Made by a program: the position numbers and the translations under genes | In this document: positions 9,272-21,181 of the stretch, piece after piece | Layout of the letters: the number at the start of each line of letters is the position of its first letter | Position numbering within the stretch: the first letter of the stretch is position 1 | DNA from: Candidatus Methylomirabilis sp. | GTDB lineage: Bacteria; Oederibacteriota; PGYV01; DYJU01 | Assembly (NCBI GenBank): GCA_020722985.1 | Contig: DYJU01000002.1 | Coordinates: 1 to 61,610, forward strand | Reading direction: 5' to 3' | Length of the DNA stretch: 61,610 bases | The notes under the pieces: generated by a model | Seen by the model: only the letters and a program-made list of their open reading frames with translations | Told to the model about the DNA's origin: nothing | The model's database searches: none

Positions 9272-9850
9272 TTATTTACTTAAATGTTTTAATGCCTCTT
9301 TAATAACTTTTTCTTTTTCCGCCTTTCCTCCAAGGTTTTTTAAAACTTCCCCGACTGCTTTTCTTGCTTCAAAATATTTAAAACCAAGAACTGTTAATGC
9401 TTCTATATAATCATCTTCAGCTGATAATGTCCCTTTTTCTCTATCTAAAATACTTTTGAACTTGTCTTTTAATTCAACAAGTATGCGTTGAGCTTTTTTT
9501 GAACCAAGCCGGGGGATACGCATTAAAAATTTTTCATCACCTGATGATATTGCTTCTTTGAATTGCTCTACTGTAATATTGCTCAAAATACTCATCGCAG
9601 CCTTTGGACCTATTCCTGAAACACTTATGAGTTGTAAAAATATATCTTTTTCTTCCTGCGAAAAAAAACCATATAAATCTATTGCATCTTCTTTTACCAT
9701 CATAAAAGTCAACACCCTCGCAGACTGCTTTTCTTTTAATTTTTCATAAGTTGGAAATGAAATAAATATTTTAAAGCCAACTCCGTCAACGTTTAAAACA
9801 ACATAATTTTCTTTAATATCTTCTATTACTCCTTCAATAAAATCAATCAT
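9272..9850 (-). CDS. ruvA: Holliday junction DNA-binding protein RuvA.
   Basis: MIDFIEGVI...LYGF...[19 protein letters not shown], adjacent to ruvB and ruvC. Confidence 0.9.
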   Translation of the reverse strand: MIDFIEGVIEDIKENYVVLNVDGVGFKIFISFPTYEKLKEKQSARVLTFMMVKEDAIDLYGFFSQEEKDIFLQLISVSGIGPKAAMSILSNITVEQFKEAISSGDEKFLMRIPRLGSKKAQRILVELKDKFKSILDREKGTLSAEDDYIEALTVLGFKYFEARKAVGEVLKNLGGKAEKEKVIKEALKHLSK

Positions 9851-9853
9851 AAT

Positions 9854-10345
9854 TTAACCTTTCTTTAATAAAATATTTCTTTCAAAACTTGCATGACACA
9901 GTGCAATTGCTAAAGCATCGGCAACATCATCTGGCTCGGGAATTTCTTTTAAATTCAAAAGCATTTTTACCATGTTGCCTATCTGAATCTTTTCAGCTCT
10001 ACCATATCCTGTTAAAGCTATTTTTACCTGTAAAGGTGTATATTCAAATATTGGTAATTTACATTTAAAACCCGCAAGTAAAATAACTCCCCTTGCCTCC
10101 CCAACCGCCATCACTGTTTTTACATTTTTATTAAAAAACAATTTTTCAACAGCCATCACATCAACATCATATTTTTTTATAAAAGAGTATATTTTATTAT
10201 AAATTATAGATATTCTTTCTTCAATTCTTTTTTCTTTTTCAGTTGAAATAAGTCCGCATGTTATAAAATTTATTTTATTGCCTTTTTTTTCTATTATTCC
10301 ATAACCGGTTGATGCAACACCAGGATCTATACCTATAATAATCAT
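9854..10345 (-). CDS. ruvC: Crossover junction endodeoxyribonuclease RuvC.
   Basis: IIGIDPGVASTGYGII...PDDVADALAIALCH. Confidence 0.9.
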   Translation of the reverse strand: MIIIGIDPGVASTGYGIIEKKGNKINFITCGLISTEKEKRIEERISIIYNKIYSFIKKYDVDVMAVEKLFFNKNVKTVMAVGEARGVILLAGFKCKLPIFEYTPLQVKIALTGYGRAEKIQIGNMVKMLLNLKEIPEPDDVADALAIALCHASFERNILLKKG

Positions 10346-10359
10346 ATTATTTTACCTTT

Positions 10360-11478
10360 TTAATATATAAAAATTCGTGGAACTCTTTCTGATATACCGA
10401 TAAAAATCTCATAAGAAATTGTATTTAATTTTTCTGCCATATCTTCTACAGATATTTCTCCATATTTATCTTTGCCCAATATTAAAACTTCATCACCAAT
10501 TTTTACATTGGATGTAACTTTTATTGCTGTTAAATCCATGCATATTCTTCCAATAATTTTAGCTTTTTTACCTTTAATTAAAACATACCAGTTATTTGAA
10601 AGTTCTCTCCTTAATCCATCCCCATATCCAATTCCAATAATTGCTATTTTCTCTTTGTCTTTTGCTTTATATAATCCACCGTAACTTACCTTATCACCTT
10701 TATTTAAATCAATTATATTTACAACCCTGCTTTTTAAAGTCATAACTGGTTTTAATCTATGTCTTTTTTTTATCTTTTTATCCATAAATGAACCATAAAG
10801 CATGATACCAGGTCTTACTGCATCAAAATAAGTAAAAGGATATTTTAAGATTGCTGCTGAATTGGCAAGATGAAAAAAAGCATCTTTTACTTTATCTTTT
10901 AAACTCAAAAATAAATTATATTGCTCCTGCGTAAAATTATCATTATTTATATCTGCGTTTGCTAAATGAGAATATACAGATTTTATTTTAAGATTTTTAA
11001 ATTTTTTTATATATTTTATTAAATCTAAAGTTTCTTGCGGCTTTATACCAAGGCGATTCATTCCCGTATTTATTTTCAAATGAACATTTATTTTTTTATT
11101 ATTTTTTTTAGTTTTATTTCCCAACTGGCAAATTTCATTTTTTGAAAAAACAGCAGGTTCTAAATTATATTTAATAATATCATCTACTTCGTCTTTGCCA
11201 AAACCACCTAAAATTATTAAGGAAGCAATTTTAATACCTGATTTTCTTAAACTGATACCCTCATTTACTCTTGCAACACCTAATGTCTTAACCTTTAACT
11301 TATTTACAAAAAATTTTGCAATTTCTTTTATCCCGTGGCCATAAGCATTGGCTTTGATCACTGGTATAATTTCACGATTTTTTACTTTTTCCTTTACTAT
11401 ATTAAAATTATAGCAGAGGGCTTTTAGATTTATCTCTGCCCATACAGGATATTTTTTAAAATTCTGTGTTTGAATCAT
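10360..11478 (-). CDS. alr: Alanine racemase.
   Basis: PLP-lysine motif VIKANAYGHG, and the C-terminal SYEIFIGISERVPR. Confidence 0.9.
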   Translation of the reverse strand: MIQTQNFKKYPVWAEINLKALCYNFNIVKEKVKNREIIPVIKANAYGHGIKEIAKFFVNKLKVKTLGVARVNEGISLRKSGIKIASLIILGGFGKDEVDDIIKYNLEPAVFSKNEICQLGNKTKKNNKKINVHLKINTGMNRLGIKPQETLDLIKYIKKFKNLKIKSVYSHLANADINNDNFTQEQYNLFLSLKDKVKDAFFHLANSAAILKYPFTYFDAVRPGIMLYGSFMDKKIKKRHRLKPVMTLKSRVVNIIDLNKGDKVSYGGLYKAKDKEKIAIIGIGYGDGLRRELSNNWYVLIKGKKAKIIGRICMDLTAIKVTSNVKIGDEVLILGKDKYGEISVEDMAEKLNTISYEIFIGISERVPRIFIY

Positions 11479-12904
11479 AATTATCTATCTTTTCATCTGT
11501 AGTTCTTGGAGTTAATTCAACAAAAGCAGTAATTTCAGGTAAAAAATTGACTTGTTGTTCTGCTAATGGTCCATTTCTATTTTTAGCTATAATAAAATTG
11601 CATTCCCTACATTTTCTTCTCACCTGTGTTCCATCTTCGTAGCTTTCGAGCCAATCTTTTTCTTCATCAGATAGTTTGTCAATAAACATAACAACATCCG
11701 CATCCTGCTCTATTGCTCCGCTTTCTCTCAAATCAGAAAGTCTTGGCGGTATTCTTTTTTCTTTTTTACTACCCCTTTCCCTTTTTTCTATATCTCTGTT
11801 TAACTGTGAAAGCGCAATAACCGGTATCTCCAGATCCCTTGCAATTGCTTTTAAAGAACGCGAAATATATGCAATCTGTTGTTCTCTGGAAACTCTCATA
11901 TCACTTGGTTTAATAAGTTGCAAATAATCAATTATAACAAGGTCTAATTTTTTCCCAACTTTTCTATATTGATTTTGGACAGAATGAACTTTAGCCCTGA
12001 TATCAAGAACTGTATTGTCATCGGTATCAATTAATATTTCTGATTTAGAAAGTATTTGCGCCACTTCCATTAAAAGTAATTCATCCTCTTTTTTAAGTAT
12101 CTTCCCTTTTCTTAAATTCATTAAATTTATTTTTGAACCAATTGATAATAATCTCTCTACCAGTATTTCTTTTCCCATTTCAAAACTGAAAAATAAAACT
12201 GTCTTCCCATCTTTTGCACTCAAATTATAAGCGATATTTAAAGCAAGAGATGTTTTACCAAGGGATGGACGCGCAGCAATTATAATAAGATCATGCGGGA
12301 CCAACCCGGATAATGCATTATCAATTATTTTAAAACCCGTAGGTAAACCTATAAGGACATCTGGATTTTTACCCCTCAATTTTATTCTTTCATAAACTCC
12401 ATCAACTAATTTTTCTATATGGATAATTGAATCCTTTTTTTGCCTGTCTGTTGCATCAAATATTTTTTTTATTGCTTCTTCTGTTATTAATTTGGTTTCT
12501 TTTTCTTCATTAAAAGCATCCTGAATAATTGCCGTTGAGGTATCAATCAAACTTCTTAATACCGCTTTATCCCTAACTATCTCAGCATAGTATTTAGCAT
12601 TTTCCGCTGTTGGAACAGAATCAGCAAGTGATGTTATATAAGAAGCTCCACCACTTTGTTCCAACCAGTTTTTAATCCTTAATACTTCTGTTACTGTTAA
12701 AATATCTATAGCACTCCCCTTTTCATTAAGTTCCAGTATTACTTCGTATATTTTTTTATTTTTAGGTTCATAAAAATCATTTGCCCTAACAATAGGCAAT
12801 ATTTCATCCAGCGCTTTATTATTAATAAATATACAACCTAAAAGCGACTGTTCTGCTTCTATATTCTGAGGTGGTATTTTACCTTTTATTTCCTGCTTAT
12901 CCAT
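11456..12904 (-). CDS. dnaB: Replicative DNA helicase DnaB.
   Basis: PPQNIEAEQSLLG and Walker A ARPSLGKTSLAL. The start is placed at the internal ATG at 12904 (MDKQEIKG), downstream of the rplI stop. The longer ORF to 12961 overlaps rplI. Confidence 0.92.
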   Translation of the reverse strand: MDKQEIKGKIPPQNIEAEQSLLGCIFINNKALDEILPIVRANDFYEPKNKKIYEVILELNEKGSAIDILTVTEVLRIKNWLEQSGGASYITSLADSVPTAENAKYYAEIVRDKAVLRSLIDTSTAIIQDAFNEEKETKLITEEAIKKIFDATDRQKKDSIIHIEKLVDGVYERIKLRGKNPDVLIGLPTGFKIIDNALSGLVPHDLIIIAARPSLGKTSLALNIAYNLSAKDGKTVLFFSFEMGKEILVERLLSIGSKINLMNLRKGKILKKEDELLLMEVAQILSKSEILIDTDDNTVLDIRAKVHSVQNQYRKVGKKLDLVIIDYLQLIKPSDMRVSREQQIAYISRSLKAIARDLEIPVIALSQLNRDIEKRERGSKKEKRIPPRLSDLRESGAIEQDADVVMFIDKLSDEEKDWLESYEDGTQVRRKCRECNFIIAKNRNGPLAEQQVNFLPEITAFVELTPRTTDEKIDNYDSNTEF

Positions 12905-12920
12905 AAAAGCCTTCTTATTT

Positions 12921-13367
12921 TTATTTCTCTCCAATAATTGATACTTTAATATTTGTTTCAAACCCTGCTTTTAAAACTATGGGGATTAAAAAAATTCCTG
13001 TTTCTTTAATATGCTTTTCCAATTTAATATTATTTTTTTCAACATTAAAACCTATTTTTTTTAATTCCTCTGCTATTTCTATCTCACTTACAGAGCCGAA
13101 AAGTTTATTATCATCTGCTGCCTTTTTCTTAATAGTAATTTCAACACCTTTTATCTTTTCTAAAACTTTTTTTAAATTTTCATCCTGCTCTTTTTTTATT
13201 TCCTGTTTTTTCTTTAGATATTCTTGAAGCGATTTAGTATTACCTTCAGAAGCAGGAATTGCTTTACCTTTTGGAATTAAAAAATTTCTAGCATAGCCAT
13301 CGCTAACTTTTACAATATCCCCTGCTTTCCCAAGACTATCTATCTTTTCTTTTAATATTACTTTCAT
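12921..13367 (-). CDS. rplI: Ribosomal protein bL9.
   Basis: MKVILKEKIDSLGKAGDIVKVSDGYARNFLIPKGKA. Confidence 0.92.
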   Translation of the reverse strand: MKVILKEKIDSLGKAGDIVKVSDGYARNFLIPKGKAIPASEGNTKSLQEYLKKKQEIKKEQDENLKKVLEKIKGVEITIKKKAADDNKLFGSVSEIEIAEELKKIGFNVEKNNIKLEKHIKETGIFLIPIVLKAGFETNIKVSIIGEK

Positions 13368-14125
13368 ATCATGTTGCCTCCTTTCTGTATCTTTCTTAAA
13401 TTAAACCATGTATCCAGAACTCCTGTCAACATTATAATAAATGACAAATGGCTCCATAAAATTATAATAAAAACAAAAAAAAACCGTCCCCAAAATGGTA
13501 TTTTGTATTTTTCCATGAAAAAAAAAGTAAGCGAAAGCCCTATTAAAAAATATAAATTAGCAAGAACAAACATAATATTTATAGCAAATGTATATATTAT
13601 ATCATTATTTAAAAAATTTTTTAAAGCAATTAATAAAAGCGTAAAAATTAAAACCCATACAACTTTTTCATTAAGATACCATGTTCTAAACTTCGGCATT
13701 TCATTTATTATTTTATATTTAGTTATCATAAATAATCTCATTACATAATAATTTAAAAAGGAAACCAGCAAAAAAAACACAAATATATACGCCAGAATCA
13801 TTTTAACAATAAAAAAATCAAAAAACAATTTAAGATTTTCTATTTCCTCTGCGGATAATTCTTTTATTTTCTCCCCTTGAAGAAAATTTTTAAAATTCAC
13901 TGTTAATTCCGAACTTATATATCCAAAAAAATTATGCAACGTTACTTTTTTAATTAAAAAAATAAATATAATAAATAAGATTACAAAATAAACAACACTG
14001 CTTATTATTATATTTACCCAATTTACTTTTTGTTTTATCATAAAAAAAATTAAAAAATCAAGCAATAAAAAAATAGAGATAAAAACAAAAAAATTTAAAA
14101 TAAAATAATCCATTTGAAATGGCAT
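13364..14125 (-). CDS. Polytopic membrane protein (YybS/DUF2232-like by position).
   Basis: Multiple hydrophobic helices. It lies between rpsR and rplI, where YybS-type proteins occur. The call rests on synteny only. Confidence 0.45.
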   Translation of the reverse strand: MPFQMDYFILNFFVFISIFLLLDFLIFFMIKQKVNWVNIIISSVVYFVILFIIFIFLIKKVTLHNFFGYISSELTVNFKNFLQGEKIKELSAEEIENLKLFFDFFIVKMILAYIFVFFLLVSFLNYYVMRLFMITKYKIINEMPKFRTWYLNEKVVWVLIFTLLLIALKNFLNNDIIYTFAINIMFVLANLYFLIGLSLTFFFMEKYKIPFWGRFFFVFIIILWSHLSFIIMLTGVLDTWFNLRKIQKGGNMI

Positions 14126-14153
14126 AAAATCTCTACCTTAAATAAATTAAAAA

Positions 14154-14417
14154 CTATTCTGCTTGAAAAGGCAAAAATCCAACTTCACGCGCTTTCTTTA
14201 TAGCTTTTGTTATTATCCTTTGATGTTTTGCGCAATTTCCATTTACTCTTCGGGGTATTATTTTCCCTCTTTCGGTAATATAATTCTTTAAAAATTCAAT
14301 ATTTTTATAATCAACTACTTCTATTTTGTTTGAACATAATTTACATTTTCTTTTTTTTATTCTTTTAAAAGCTAGTGATTTTTCAAAAAACCTTTTATTC
14401 ATCTGCTTATCAGCCAT
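14154..14417 (-). CDS. rpsR: Ribosomal protein bS18.
   Basis: ...[48 protein letters not shown]. Confidence 0.93.
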   Translation of the reverse strand: MADKQMNKRFFEKSLAFKRIKKRKCKLCSNKIEVVDYKNIEFLKNYITERGKIIPRRVNGNCAKHQRIITKAIKKAREVGFLPFQAE

Positions 14418-14447
14418 TCATTCCTCCAAAATTCAATTATACTTTTA

Positions 14448-14861
14448 TTAAAATGGTTCTTTCTCTTCCGTTTCAACATTTTCACCAACATCAGCAGAAT
14501 GCTCCGAAACCGCATTTTCATTCTTCTTAAATCTGTCAAGAAATTGAACTCTATCCGCAACGACTTCAAGCATACTTTTTTTCTGTTTGGTTTCTTCATC
14601 TTCCCATGTTCTTAATTGTAACCTGCCCTCTACAAAAATGGAAGATCCTTTTTTCAGGTAAGTTGTGCAACTTTCAGCTTGTTTGCCCCATACAACAATG
14701 TTAACGTAGCAAACCTCTTCTTTTTTCTCGCCACTCTGCGTGGTATAAACTCTATTTACAGCCAATCTCATATTTGTAACAGGTTGTCCATTTTTACCAT
14801 ATTTTAACTCTAAATCTTTTGTCAAATTTCCGATTAAAAAAACCTTATTTAAATTTGCCAT
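14448..14861 (-). CDS. ssb: Single-stranded DNA-binding protein.
   Basis: MANLNKVFLIGNLTKDLELKY, an OB fold and an acidic C-terminal tail ...EEKEPF. The start ATG at 14861 follows AAGGAGGG. Confidence 0.92.
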   Translation of the reverse strand: MANLNKVFLIGNLTKDLELKYGKNGQPVTNMRLAVNRVYTTQSGEKKEEVCYVNIVVWGKQAESCTTYLKKGSSIFVEGRLQLRTWEDEETKQKKSMLEVVADRVQFLDRFKKNENAVSEHSADVGENVETEEKEPF

Positions 14862-14882
14862 CTTTGCCCTCCTTATAAACAT

Positions 14883-15278
14883 TTACATATCATTTAAATC
14901 TGAAGAAGTTTCAATTTTATTATTTTCTCCATTCGCAACTGTCTTTTCCACCGCCTCCTCTCTTATTTCATTTTTTGTTGCTGTTTTCATATCAACAGCC
15001 ACAGATATAAAAAATCTTATTACGCCGTCAACTAATTTTATTTTATCTCTTAAATTATTAACTAATGAATTATCATAAAAAAATTTTATCAAAACATAAT
15101 ATCCTTCTTTATTTTTTTTCATCTTATATGGTAATTTTCTTTTATCAGGTTGACTAACTTCTGCTATTTCACCTTTGCCATCCTGAATGTAATTTTTAAT
15201 TTTATCTAAAATTTTATTAATCTCTTCTTCTGTAAGAGATGGATTTAAAAATAAATTCAGTTCATAATTCTTTTGCAT
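14883..15278 (-). CDS. rpsF: Ribosomal protein bS6.
   Basis: MQKNYELNLFLNPSL...; it is the first gene of the rpsF-ssb-rpsR order. Confidence 0.88.
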   Translation of the reverse strand: MQKNYELNLFLNPSLTEEEINKILDKIKNYIQDGKGEIAEVSQPDKRKLPYKMKKNKEGYYVLIKFFYDNSLVNNLRDKIKLVDGVIRFFISVAVDMKTATKNEIREEAVEKTVANGENNKIETSSDLNDM

Positions 15279-15449
15279 AAAAACTCCTTTCTAAATAAAT
15301 ACATTATATAAGGAATAATAATTACAACATAAATTATCTTTTTTTGCAACATTTTATTTTGCACTATATCGCTAAGGGCAAAATGCTAAAAAATTCCAAA
15401 TAAATTTCTACCTGAAATTTCTAAAATATAAAAATTATATATCAAAGAA

Positions 15450-16403
<954 letters not shown>

Positions 16404-16416
16404 TTATTATTATATA

Positions 16417-16827
16417 CTATTCTTTTTCTTTTTCTTTTTCTTTCTCTTTCTCCGGTTTCTTATATAATTTATCGTAATCCACAAATTCAATAAAAACAAC
16501 AAATGCATTATCACCAGGCCTATTTTTAAACTTTAATATTCTGGTATATCCCCCTTTTCTTTCTTTAAAAAATAGACCAATTTCAGAAAATAACTTCCTT
16601 ATTAAATTTTTATCATTTATTATTTTGGCAACTTCCCTTCTATTATGCAAACTATCATTTTTAGCTTTTGTAATAATTGGCTCAATTATCTCTCTTAATA
16701 TTTTTGCTTTAGTTAATGTGGTTTTTATACGTCCATGCATAATAAGTTGTTTAGCAAGATTTTTAATAACAGCTTTCCGGTGACCTGATGGTCTTCCTAA
16801 TCTTTTTCCTTTTTTTCTATGACGCAT
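16417..16827 (-). CDS. rplQ: Ribosomal protein bL17 (with a C-terminal (EK)n tail).
   Basis: MRHRKKGKRLGRPSGHRKAV...; it ends the alpha operon. Confidence 0.95.
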   Translation of the reverse strand: MRHRKKGKRLGRPSGHRKAVIKNLAKQLIMHGRIKTTLTKAKILREIIEPIITKAKNDSLHNRREVAKIINDKNLIRKLFSEIGLFFKERKGGYTRILKFKNRPGDNAFVVFIEFVDYDKLYKKPEKEKEKEKEKE

Positions 16828-16845
16828 TACTATACTCCTTTGTAA

Positions 16846-17850
16846 TTAAATTTTATTCTTCGTTTTTGCTGATTTTTTTATTTCTTTTAACAAAGTTTTA
16901 TCAATTTTCATACCAAGCGATAATCCCATATCTTGAAGTACTTCTTTTATTTCATTTAATGATTTTCTTCCAAAATTCCTGTATTGTAGCATATCAACTT
17001 CTGTCTTAATAACAAGATCTGCAAGTGTCTTAATATTTGCATTCTTTAAACAATTTGAAGATCGGACTGATAATTCTAATTCTTCTACACTCTTTTCTAA
17101 TAAAAGTTTTAATTTTTCTTTTTCTTCATCAATCTTCTCTTCCTTAATTTCAATTTCACCTTCCTGGGTAATAAATATATTTAAATGTTCTCTTAATATT
17201 AAAGCGGCATGGGTTAACGCTGTTTCCGGGGAAATTCTGCCATCTGTTGTTATTTCTAAAATTAATTTATCATAATCTGTTATCTGACCCACTCTTGTAT
17301 TTTCAACTTCTAATTTTACATTTGTTATTGGAGTAAATATTGAGTCTATCGGTATAGTACCTATTGGCATATCATCCCTTTTATTCTTATCTGCTGTAAC
17401 ATAACCGCGTCCTACATCCAATTCAAGTTCCATCTGCAATCTGGCATCCCTGCTTGTTAAGGTTGCGATATGTAATTCTGGATTTACTATGTGCACATCG
17501 CTATTTAAAGTTATATCGCCAGCTAAAACTTCCCTTTCCCCTCCCACATCTAAATATATTTTCTTTGGGGTTTCACCGTCAACAGTTAATCTAATCTGTT
17601 TTAAATTCATAATTATCTCTGATACATCTTCTACAACACCGGGTATTGTAGCAAATTCATGTTGAACCCCTTCTATTTTTACTGAAGTAATTGCAGCCCC
17701 AGGAATAGACGATAAAAGTATCCTGCGTAAAGCGTTTCCAATAGCAATTGCATATCCTCGTTCAAAAGGTTCAGAAATAAATCTTCCAAATTTTTCATTA
17801 ACATCCTGCTTTTCTAATTTTTTAGGTTTTTGAAGGTTTTTCCATTTCAT
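16846..17850 (-). CDS. rpoA: DNA-directed RNA polymerase alpha subunit.
   Basis: GNALRRILLSSIPGAAITSVKIEGVQHEF, and the C-terminal domain LELSVRSSNCLK. Confidence 0.96.
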   Translation of the reverse strand: MKWKNLQKPKKLEKQDVNEKFGRFISEPFERGYAIAIGNALRRILLSSIPGAAITSVKIEGVQHEFATIPGVVEDVSEIIMNLKQIRLTVDGETPKKIYLDVGGEREVLAGDITLNSDVHIVNPELHIATLTSRDARLQMELELDVGRGYVTADKNKRDDMPIGTIPIDSIFTPITNVKLEVENTRVGQITDYDKLILEITTDGRISPETALTHAALILREHLNIFITQEGEIEIKEEKIDEEKEKLKLLLEKSVEELELSVRSSNCLKNANIKTLADLVIKTEVDMLQYRNFGRKSLNEIKEVLQDMGLSLGMKIDKTLLKEIKKSAKTKNKI

Positions 17851-17874
17851 ATATTAGCACAACCCCTTTCTTTT

Positions 17875-18510
17875 TTATTTAGAATATAATTCCACTATTA
17901 ATTGTTCCTGAACTGGTATTGCAATATCAGTTCTGGTTGGCTCACTTTTTACACTTACTTCTTTTTTTTCAAAATCTACCTGTAACCAGGAAGGAAAATT
18001 TCCTTTCTTTTTTGATTCTTCTATTGCCTGCTTGATAATTTCAAGTGAACTTGCTTTTTCCTTTATTGATATAACCTCACCCGGTTTAACCTGATATGAA
18101 GGTATATTAACTTTTTTCCCGTTCACAAGTATTTTTCCATGGCTTACAAGTTGCCTTGCAATTATCCTTGATTTTGCAAATCCAACCCTGTATATAACAT
18201 TATCCAGACGGGTTTCTAAAAGTTTAAGCAAATTTAACCCTGTATCCCCAACTTTTTTATTAGCAATATTAAAATATCTTTTAAACTGGCGTTCCATAAT
18301 ACCATATATCCTTTTTGCTTTTTGCTTTTCTCTTAACTGTTTTCCATATTCTGAAAGTTTCCTTAAATGAGTTTCAGTATGATGGACTCCTGGTATATAA
18401 TTTCTTCTTGAAAATGAACACTTTTCAGTTAAGCATCTGTCACCTTTTAGAAATAATTTAATTCCTTCTCTTCTACATAATCTACATAATGCTTTAGTAT
18501 ATCTTGCCAA
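17875..18510 (-). CDS. rpsD: Ribosomal protein uS4.
   Basis: [16 protein letters not shown]... Confidence 0.96.
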   Translation of the reverse strand: MARYTKALCRLCRREGIKLFLKGDRCLTEKCSFSRRNYIPGVHHTETHLRKLSEYGKQLREKQKAKRIYGIMERQFKRYFNIANKKVGDTGLNLLKLLETRLDNVIYRVGFAKSRIIARQLVSHGKILVNGKKVNIPSYQVKPGEVISIKEKASSLEIIKQAIEESKKKGNFPSWLQVDFEKKEVSVKSEPTRTDIAIPVQEQLIVELYSK

Positions 18511-18532
18511 GTTTATCCTCCTTTATTTTAAT

Positions 18533-18904
18533 TTATACTCTTCTTCTTTTAGGTGGTCTACATCCATTATGTGGTATGGGGGTCACATCTTTTATTAAAA
18601 CAATATCAAGTCCGACCGCCTGTAAAGCTCTTATTGCTGGTTCTCTTCCTTCCCCTGGTCCTTTGACATAGATTTCAACTTTCTTAACGCCTAAATCTAA
18701 AGCCTGTTTCCCTGCTTTTTCCGCTGCTAACTGCGCAGCATAAGGGGTGCTTTTCCTTGCGCCTTTCATACCAATAGTTCCACCACTTGCCCAGGATATA
18801 ACTTCCCCATTTTTTGAAGTTATACTTATTATTGTATTATTAAAAGTTGACTTTATATGTGCTATTGCAATTTCTGGAATTTGCTTCTGTTTCTTTTTAG
18901 CCAA
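18533..18904 (-). CDS. rpsK: Ribosomal protein uS11.
   Basis: [21 protein letters not shown]. Confidence 0.96.
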   Translation of the reverse strand: MAKKKQKQIPEIAIAHIKSTFNNTIISITSKNGEVISWASGGTIGMKGARKSTPYAAQLAAEKAGKQALDLGVKKVEIYVKGPGEGREPAIRALQAVGLDIVLIKDVTPIPHNGCRPPKRRRV

Positions 18905-18928
18905 ATTTTTCCTCCTTTATATTATATT

Positions 18929-19318
18929 TTATTCTTTTGGTTTTGCTTCTAATTTTTTTGTTCCAACTATTTTTCTCGGTCCTTTTCTCGTTCTCGCATT
19001 CGAACGTGTCCTCTGACCTCTTACTGGTAGTCCTTTTCTATGGCGAATACCTCTGTAACAACCTATATCCATCATCCTTTTAATATTCTGTGATATTTCT
19101 TTTTTTAAATCACCTTCTATTTTAATGCCTAAATTTACAATTGTAGATTGTATTCTATGAATTTCTTCTTCTGTTAAATTAAAAACCCTTGTATCAGGCG
19201 ATACATTTGCCTCTTTGAGAATTTTTTTAGATAAAGACCAGCCAACACCATATATATATGGCAAAGCTGCTTCAATTCTTTTATTTTTAGGTAAATCAAC
19301 TCCTGCTATTCTTGCCAA
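18929..19318 (-). CDS. rpsM: Ribosomal protein uS13.
   Basis: [14 protein letters not shown]... Confidence 0.96.
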   Translation of the reverse strand: MARIAGVDLPKNKRIEAALPYIYGVGWSLSKKILKEANVSPDTRVFNLTEEEIHRIQSTIVNLGIKIEGDLKKEISQNIKRMMDIGCYRGIRHRKGLPVRGQRTRSNARTRKGPRKIVGTKKLEAKPKE

Positions 19319-19336
19319 TTTATAACCTCCTTTTAT

Positions 19337-19450
19337 TTATCCTTGTCTTTGTTTATGTTTTGGGTTAACACATATAACCCTTACAACACCTTTACGTCTT
19401 ATTATCTTACATTTTTCACATATTTTTTTTACAGATGCTCTTACCTTCAT
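19337..19450 (-). CDS. rpmJ: Ribosomal protein bL36 (37 aa; too short for the ORF track).
   Basis: My translation is [37 protein letters not shown]. It lies between infA and rpsM. Confidence 0.93.
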   Translation of the reverse strand: MKVRASVKKICEKCKIIRRKGVVRVICVNPKHKQRQG

Positions 19451-19474
19451 TTTTACTCAGCTCCTTAATAAGTT

Positions 19475-19699
19475 TTATTTTTTATTATGCCTTAAAATAA
19501 TTCTGCCTTTTGTAAGGTCATAGGGCGATAGTTGCAAAGTCACTTTATCACCTGGTAATAATTTAATAAAATTCATTCTCATTTTTCCTGAAACATGGGC
19601 TAAAACCTTATGACCATTGCTTAATTCAACTCTGAACATTGCATTAGGCAAAGTTTCTATGATTGTTCCTTCAGTTTCTATTAAATCTTCTTTTGACAT
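19475..19699 (-). CDS. infA: Translation initiation factor IF-1.
   Basis: [32 protein letters not shown]. Confidence 0.96.
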   Translation of the reverse strand: MSKEDLIETEGTIIETLPNAMFRVELSNGHKVLAHVSGKMRMNFIKLLPGDKVTLQLSPYDLTKGRIILRHNKK

Positions 19700-19719
19700 T
19701 AAGTTTGACTCCTTTTATA

Positions 19720-20478
19720 TCAACAACTTAAAATAATTGGTTCTTTTTCAGTAATAGCAACCATATGTTCAAAATGAGCGGATAAACCATTGTCAATGGT
19801 TACTACGGTCCAGTTATTATCAAGAACCTTTACATTATAACTTTTTTCATTTACCATTGGTTCAATAGCCAGAACCATACCAGGTTTTAAATCAGGGCCT
19901 GTTCCTTCTTTACCAAAATTAGGGACCAACGGATTTTCATGCAGTTGTTTTCCTATGCCATGTCCAACATATTCTCTAACTACAGAAAATCCATTTTTTT
20001 CAACATATTTCTGAATACTTGCTGAAATATCATAAAGTTTATATCCTGGCATTGCTTTTTTTATACCTTCAAAAAGAGCTTCTTTAGTAATTCTAATTAA
20101 CTTTTCTGCTTTTTCAGATATTTTTCCGACCGGGACAGTTATTGCGGAATCCCCAAAATAACCGTCATATTCCACGCCAAAATCAATACTTACAATATCG
20201 CTTTCTTTTAAAATTCTCTTTTTTGAAGGAATACCGTGAACAACTTCGTTATTAACTGATATACAAACTGATTTTGGGAAACCGCGATAACCTAAAAAAG
20301 CTGGTTTGGCTCCATATTTTTTAACTTCATTCATCGCCATTTTATGAAATTCCTCTGTTGGAAGTCCTGGCTTTGCCAGTTCTTTTAATTTTTCAAGAAC
20401 ATTTTTTACTATCTGACCACATTTTTTTAGTTTCTCAATTTCTGCAAAATCTTTTAATGGAATATCATTCTCTTGCAT
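19720..20478 (-). CDS. map: Methionine aminopeptidase type I.
   Basis: VVHGIPS, DGYFGDSA, HGIG and HFEH metal-site motifs. Confidence 0.93.
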   Translation of the reverse strand: MQENDIPLKDFAEIEKLKKCGQIVKNVLEKLKELAKPGLPTEEFHKMAMNEVKKYGAKPAFLGYRGFPKSVCISVNNEVVHGIPSKKRILKESDIVSIDFGVEYDGYFGDSAITVPVGKISEKAEKLIRITKEALFEGIKKAMPGYKLYDISASIQKYVEKNGFSVVREYVGHGIGKQLHENPLVPNFGKEGTGPDLKPGMVLAIEPMVNEKSYNVKVLDNNWTVVTIDNGLSAHFEHMVAITEKEPIILSC

Positions 20479-21132
20479 TTAATTAACACCACTTAATATG
20501 TCTTCAATCTTTTTAACTATATCATCTATCGTTCCTTCCGATGCTTCAATTTCTTTTAATATATTCCTTTTATTATAATATTCTATCAATGGTGCTGTCT
20601 GTTTTGTATAAACTAACAATCTTTTTTCTATCGTCTCAGGTTTATCGTCATCTCTCTGGTAAAGTTCGCCTCCGCATCTGTCGCATATTCCTTCTTTCTG
20701 CGATGGCAATGTGTAAATATTAAAATTTGCACCGCATTTTTTACATAACCTTCTACCTGTTAGTCTTTTAAATAGTATTTCATTTTTTACATTAATATTT
20801 ATTACTGCTTCAAGTTTTAATTTATTTTTATTTAAAATATATTCTAAAGCATCTGCCTGCTCTACTGTCCTTGGAAAACCATCAAGTAAAAAACCATTTT
20901 TACAATCAGGTTCTTTTATCCTGTCCTCAACTATTCCTATAATAACATCATCAGGAACAAGTAACCCTTTATCCATATAATCTTTTGCTTTCATTCCTAA
21001 TTCTGTTTTACCTTTAACCGCTTCTCTTAATATATCACCTGTCGATATCTGTGGTATATTAAATTTCTTTATCAATTTTTGTGAATATGTTCCTTTACCC
21101 GCACCTGGCGGTCCTAATAATATAAAAATCAT
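20479..21132 (-). CDS. adk: Adenylate kinase (Zn-lid type).
   Basis: GPPGAGKGT, and lid CKKCG...CDRCGGELYQRDDD. Confidence 0.95.
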   Translation of the reverse strand: MIFILLGPPGAGKGTYSQKLIKKFNIPQISTGDILREAVKGKTELGMKAKDYMDKGLLVPDDVIIGIVEDRIKEPDCKNGFLLDGFPRTVEQADALEYILNKNKLKLEAVININVKNEILFKRLTGRRLCKKCGANFNIYTLPSQKEGICDRCGGELYQRDDDKPETIEKRLLVYTKQTAPLIEYYNKRNILKEIEASEGTIDDIVKKIEDILSGVN

Positions 21133-21181
21133 ATTACTTACCTCGCTTATTTCTTATTAAAAAGAACTCTTTTAGCATAAA

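Noticed and set aside
14399-14599. 66-aa minus-strand ORF overlapping the rpsR start and the ssb 3' end.
   Set aside because: It overlaps two conserved genes out of frame, and its basic low-complexity product has no SD.
15321-15349. Possible promoter TTGCAA-17-TGTAAT upstream of rpsF.
   Set aside because: The hexamers are weak in an AT-rich spacer, where such matches are frequent. It is not listed as a feature.
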